A stretch of DNA of 63,389 nucleotides, the filler included, from Sphacelaria rigidula (taxonomy: Eukaryota), in the NCBI GenBank assembly GCA_964200075.2. It is 3 parts of 3 records of this genome, joined end to end, with 100 filler letters (N's around TTAATTAATTAA, not from the genome) between each part and the next. Parts side by side here need not be neighbours in the genome. Positions count along the whole stretch, not along the records: positions 42,344 to 63,389 come from CAXNAA020000470.1; 2 more parts are not named here. One strand, 5' to 3'. A program made the translations under genes and the position numbers. The notes beneath the pieces were generated by a model that saw nothing but the letters and a program-made list of their open reading frames with translations, had not been told where the DNA came from and searched no databases. Positions 60,461-63,389 of this stretch are shown here, in pieces. The first letter of the stretch is position 1; every line of letters begins with the position of its first letter.

Positions 60461-62789
60461 CAATGATTGTGTGGCGGTCCACACGGGCTGCCAGAATGCT
60501 GCTGATGGGGTTATTGGTAATTGCATTACAGGAAAGGTACGGGGCATGAGGCATGAGACAGGTAGTTGCTTGCTCTCTCGCGACTAACTACAGAGTTGTT
60601 TCCAAGAGACGCGAGGGGGGATGTACCCATTTGTTGCTCACCTCAGTCATTCGACCATTGGCCATGCATCCCTTTCGAGACGGAGCACTGTTCCTGCTCG
60701 TAGTAGAAGGGAGGTGGGGGGTATTCAAAGTACGGCAAGAAGAATACAGGAGATAATGGACGAAACAAAGGCGCGAACCCCACTGCCCCCTCCCCTACTA
60801 CGCCCATCGGGACGGAACGTATTAGAGGAGGTGAGGAAACTCAATGAATATGGCATGAAAGAGTTTGGTACATGAATTCGTAGCGAGAAAGCAATTCGCT
60901 GTGTACTGAGAGATAGATGGTGACCACATACGGTGAAACAGGGAGGGTCGTCCCTCTCGTAAGGGATGCGTGACCAACGGTGAAGTGACTCAAGCAAGCA
61001 ACAGATGAGTACCCCCCTCCCCACCCACCCACCCACCCCCGGGCCGGCGAAAAAAACCTGGCGTGCTCCGTCCCGACTCTGTAGGATTGCGAGGTCAATG
61101 GTCGCACGGCGACTGCGGCATGCAAGATCATGCGTACACCCACCCACTCACCCAACCCCACACCCAACCCCACACGCAATCCCAACCCTACCCCTCTCCT
61201 GCGTTCCGTCTCAGTTCGTTCTCTATCGCCGTGGCTCGTGTCCTTGTCACCTCGCTACGTCGTCTTTATCCAGCTCTCCTCACCTCTGGAGCATGACGTA
61301 ATCCGAGCGAGGATCCGCGTTGCTCGACAGTGGCTGTTGCGCTGCCTACACTTTCTTATCGGGCCCATCTTCCTCCAGCCCCTCGGGCTGCAGCAGGCCT
61401 CGTCATCGGCTCGCGCATCAGTCCTGAGCCGCGACGGAGGTGGAGCGGGAGAGAGGGATGCGAGGGCGGAGGGGGGTCAGAGAAAAAGGAAGGTTGGAGA
61501 TGTTTTGGCGGAGAAAACGAAGACTGGGTTGGCTGGTGAGGACACCTTCACTCCGACGTTGTATGCGGTACGGGTAGCTTGCGTATTTTGTGAGAGTCTT
61601 CCATTCTTGTCATTCTGCTGCTCTTTTATCATACATAGCTTTTTACCCTCTCCTGTTTCTTTTTATCTTCGGGAAGAATTCGTGGCTGTAGGAAAAAAAA
61701 TATGAACCCCCCTTCTCTCCCCTCTTGTACACGCCTTTGCATCTTGATATTCGCGGGTTGGATCATGACTGAAAACTCCCACATACCCGTCGGTTTCCCG
61801 TCGAACCTTCCCCTGCGCTACTTTTGTACCACTCACGTCCTTATTTTAGAAGAGGAAGGCGGACGTCAGATACTCCTGAGAAGAGAGAAAAATCATGCAG
61901 TGTTTTTGTATGTGCTGGAGGTTTCGAACCGTGAACTCAGCCCTAACCAAGGGGCCTTACATCGGGAAATTACGGCACCAGGGCCCCCCTTGTCGCCAAA
62001 ACCTCATTCTGGGGCAGGAGGAGGGGGGGGGGGGGGACACCCCTATTGTGATGGGAGGTACCCCCCCTGATCGTTGGATGATGGCGATAGTACTCGCTGT
62101 ACTGGGATAATGAAAATACATGATGAATAAGAAACAATACAAATAAATAATAATAAATAATAATAAATAATGATAATAAATTATAGATGATAAATAATAG
62201 ATGATGATAAAAGATTCCCTTTGCAGCCTATCCATGTGTTGCGTCGCAGTGCAGTATGATGACGACATGTAGAGATGCACGTTGGATGAACGTCGCTGTC
62301 TGCTCAAACGCGGGCAAACTACGTGATCATATAAAATGCACACACTTTGCACATTATTGTCTTCCCTTTGTCCAACAAATAGAATTCTATGCACCAACCA
62401 ACCATCACCAACCAACTAATTAATCAATATACTATATAGAATATCATGAGATTGCCATGCCGTTTGGTAATCCCGAAGTCAGCTTACATCACGAGCACAG
62501 CATGTATATTGCACAAGATATTACATATCATATGTAGAAGCAAAGAACTACCGATCGTACACCGCTCTCTTCAGCATGACGGCCGTACCACTACAGCAGC
62601 TTGGCGGAAGTACCAAGTCGGTGACCGCCGGTCTCGCCGAAGCTGACGCACTCAATACTCATTATCCAGCGATCATCGCGACTTCAAAGTCATTATCCAG
62701 CCAGCGAATTTGCTCCCCTAAGGCCACGAGGACGACCGACCCACCAAAACTCCTCGGTTTCGGGCTGCTCATGTCGAGGAGGACCCGAG
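60461..62789 (+). CDS. Uncharacterised multi-exon protein, partial (continues beyond the window)
   Basis: Candidate exons 60461-60536, 60704-60867, 61215-61560 and 62575-62789 join in phase via GT-AG (...NEYGMKEF/VRSLSPWLVSLSPRYVVFIQLSS...RQWLLRCLHFLIGPIFL...TPTF/MTAVPLQQLGG...PKLLGFGLLMSR). First exon least certain. Confidence 0.65.
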
Positions 62790-63389
62790 GTGATGCGATT
62801 GATTGTTTAATTCCGTACATTTGTTGAAAAACGGGAAAAATAAGGATTTTGCACAGCTGATATGGTCATTTCCTCATTCTCGACGCCCTGGAGGGGGGGG
62901 GGGCGTACTCATTTGTTGCTTGCCTTAGTCGTTTGACCATTGACCACGCATCCCTTTCGAGACGGAGCACCGTTCCTACTCCTAATGGAGACACCTCCGG
63001 GGGGGGGGGGATGGCCCTGGTACCGTAATTTCCCGATGTGGGGCCCCTTGCCCTAACCGGTATTTGAGGCGTATCTTGTGTAAGTTTGACAACCGGGACG
63101 CGGCAGCCAATATGTAGAAGTGAATCCGCTTAAATATAGTGAGATACACACACTCATTGACACTCACTCTCACACGGTGCCTTATTGCCGGTGGTAATAA
63201 AGCCATGTCGCCAAGAGCAATGTAGTCATGTGAAATACTTTTATTATTATTATTATTATTATTTTTCTCCACGTCTTAATCTACTGTGTCGTTCTCTTCG
63301 ACTTTTTTTGTGTTCCTTCTTTTCTTCAGCGAGTGTTTCAATTTTGTTTTGTCTTGCGTACGTCTGTCATGTGACCACGGCTGGATCAT

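Overview
Eukaryotic scaffold window, most consistent with a brown alga (Phaeophyceae). This is inferred from the long repeat-filled introns, a flagellar DRC2 gene and the TE content. Three contigs are joined by artificial N/TTAATTAATTAA linkers. (1) Bases 1-20.8 kb are a deeply nested cluster of decayed chromodomain-bearing Ty3/Gypsy LTR retrotransposons from three LTR families (A, B, C). Three 4-bp target-site duplications can be resolved, and every resolvable nested insertion is antisense to its host. All three families have a 12-bp palindrome (consensus ATAAACGTTTAT) at the primer-binding-site position instead of a tRNA-complementary TGG site, and they share a covarying RNA structure in the 3' half of the LTR. 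This is the best candidate for an undescribed mechanism here. (2) Bases 21.2-63.4 kb are gene space: the first exon of an unknown gene, a divergent 3-exon heat shock factor, the last two exons of DRC2/CCDC65 (GC-AG intron), a multi-exon dolichol kinase and a partial unknown plus-strand gene. Introns carry many MITEs and fold-back elements, SINE-like heads and a ~390-bp-arm hairpin made from a Ty1/Copia fragment.
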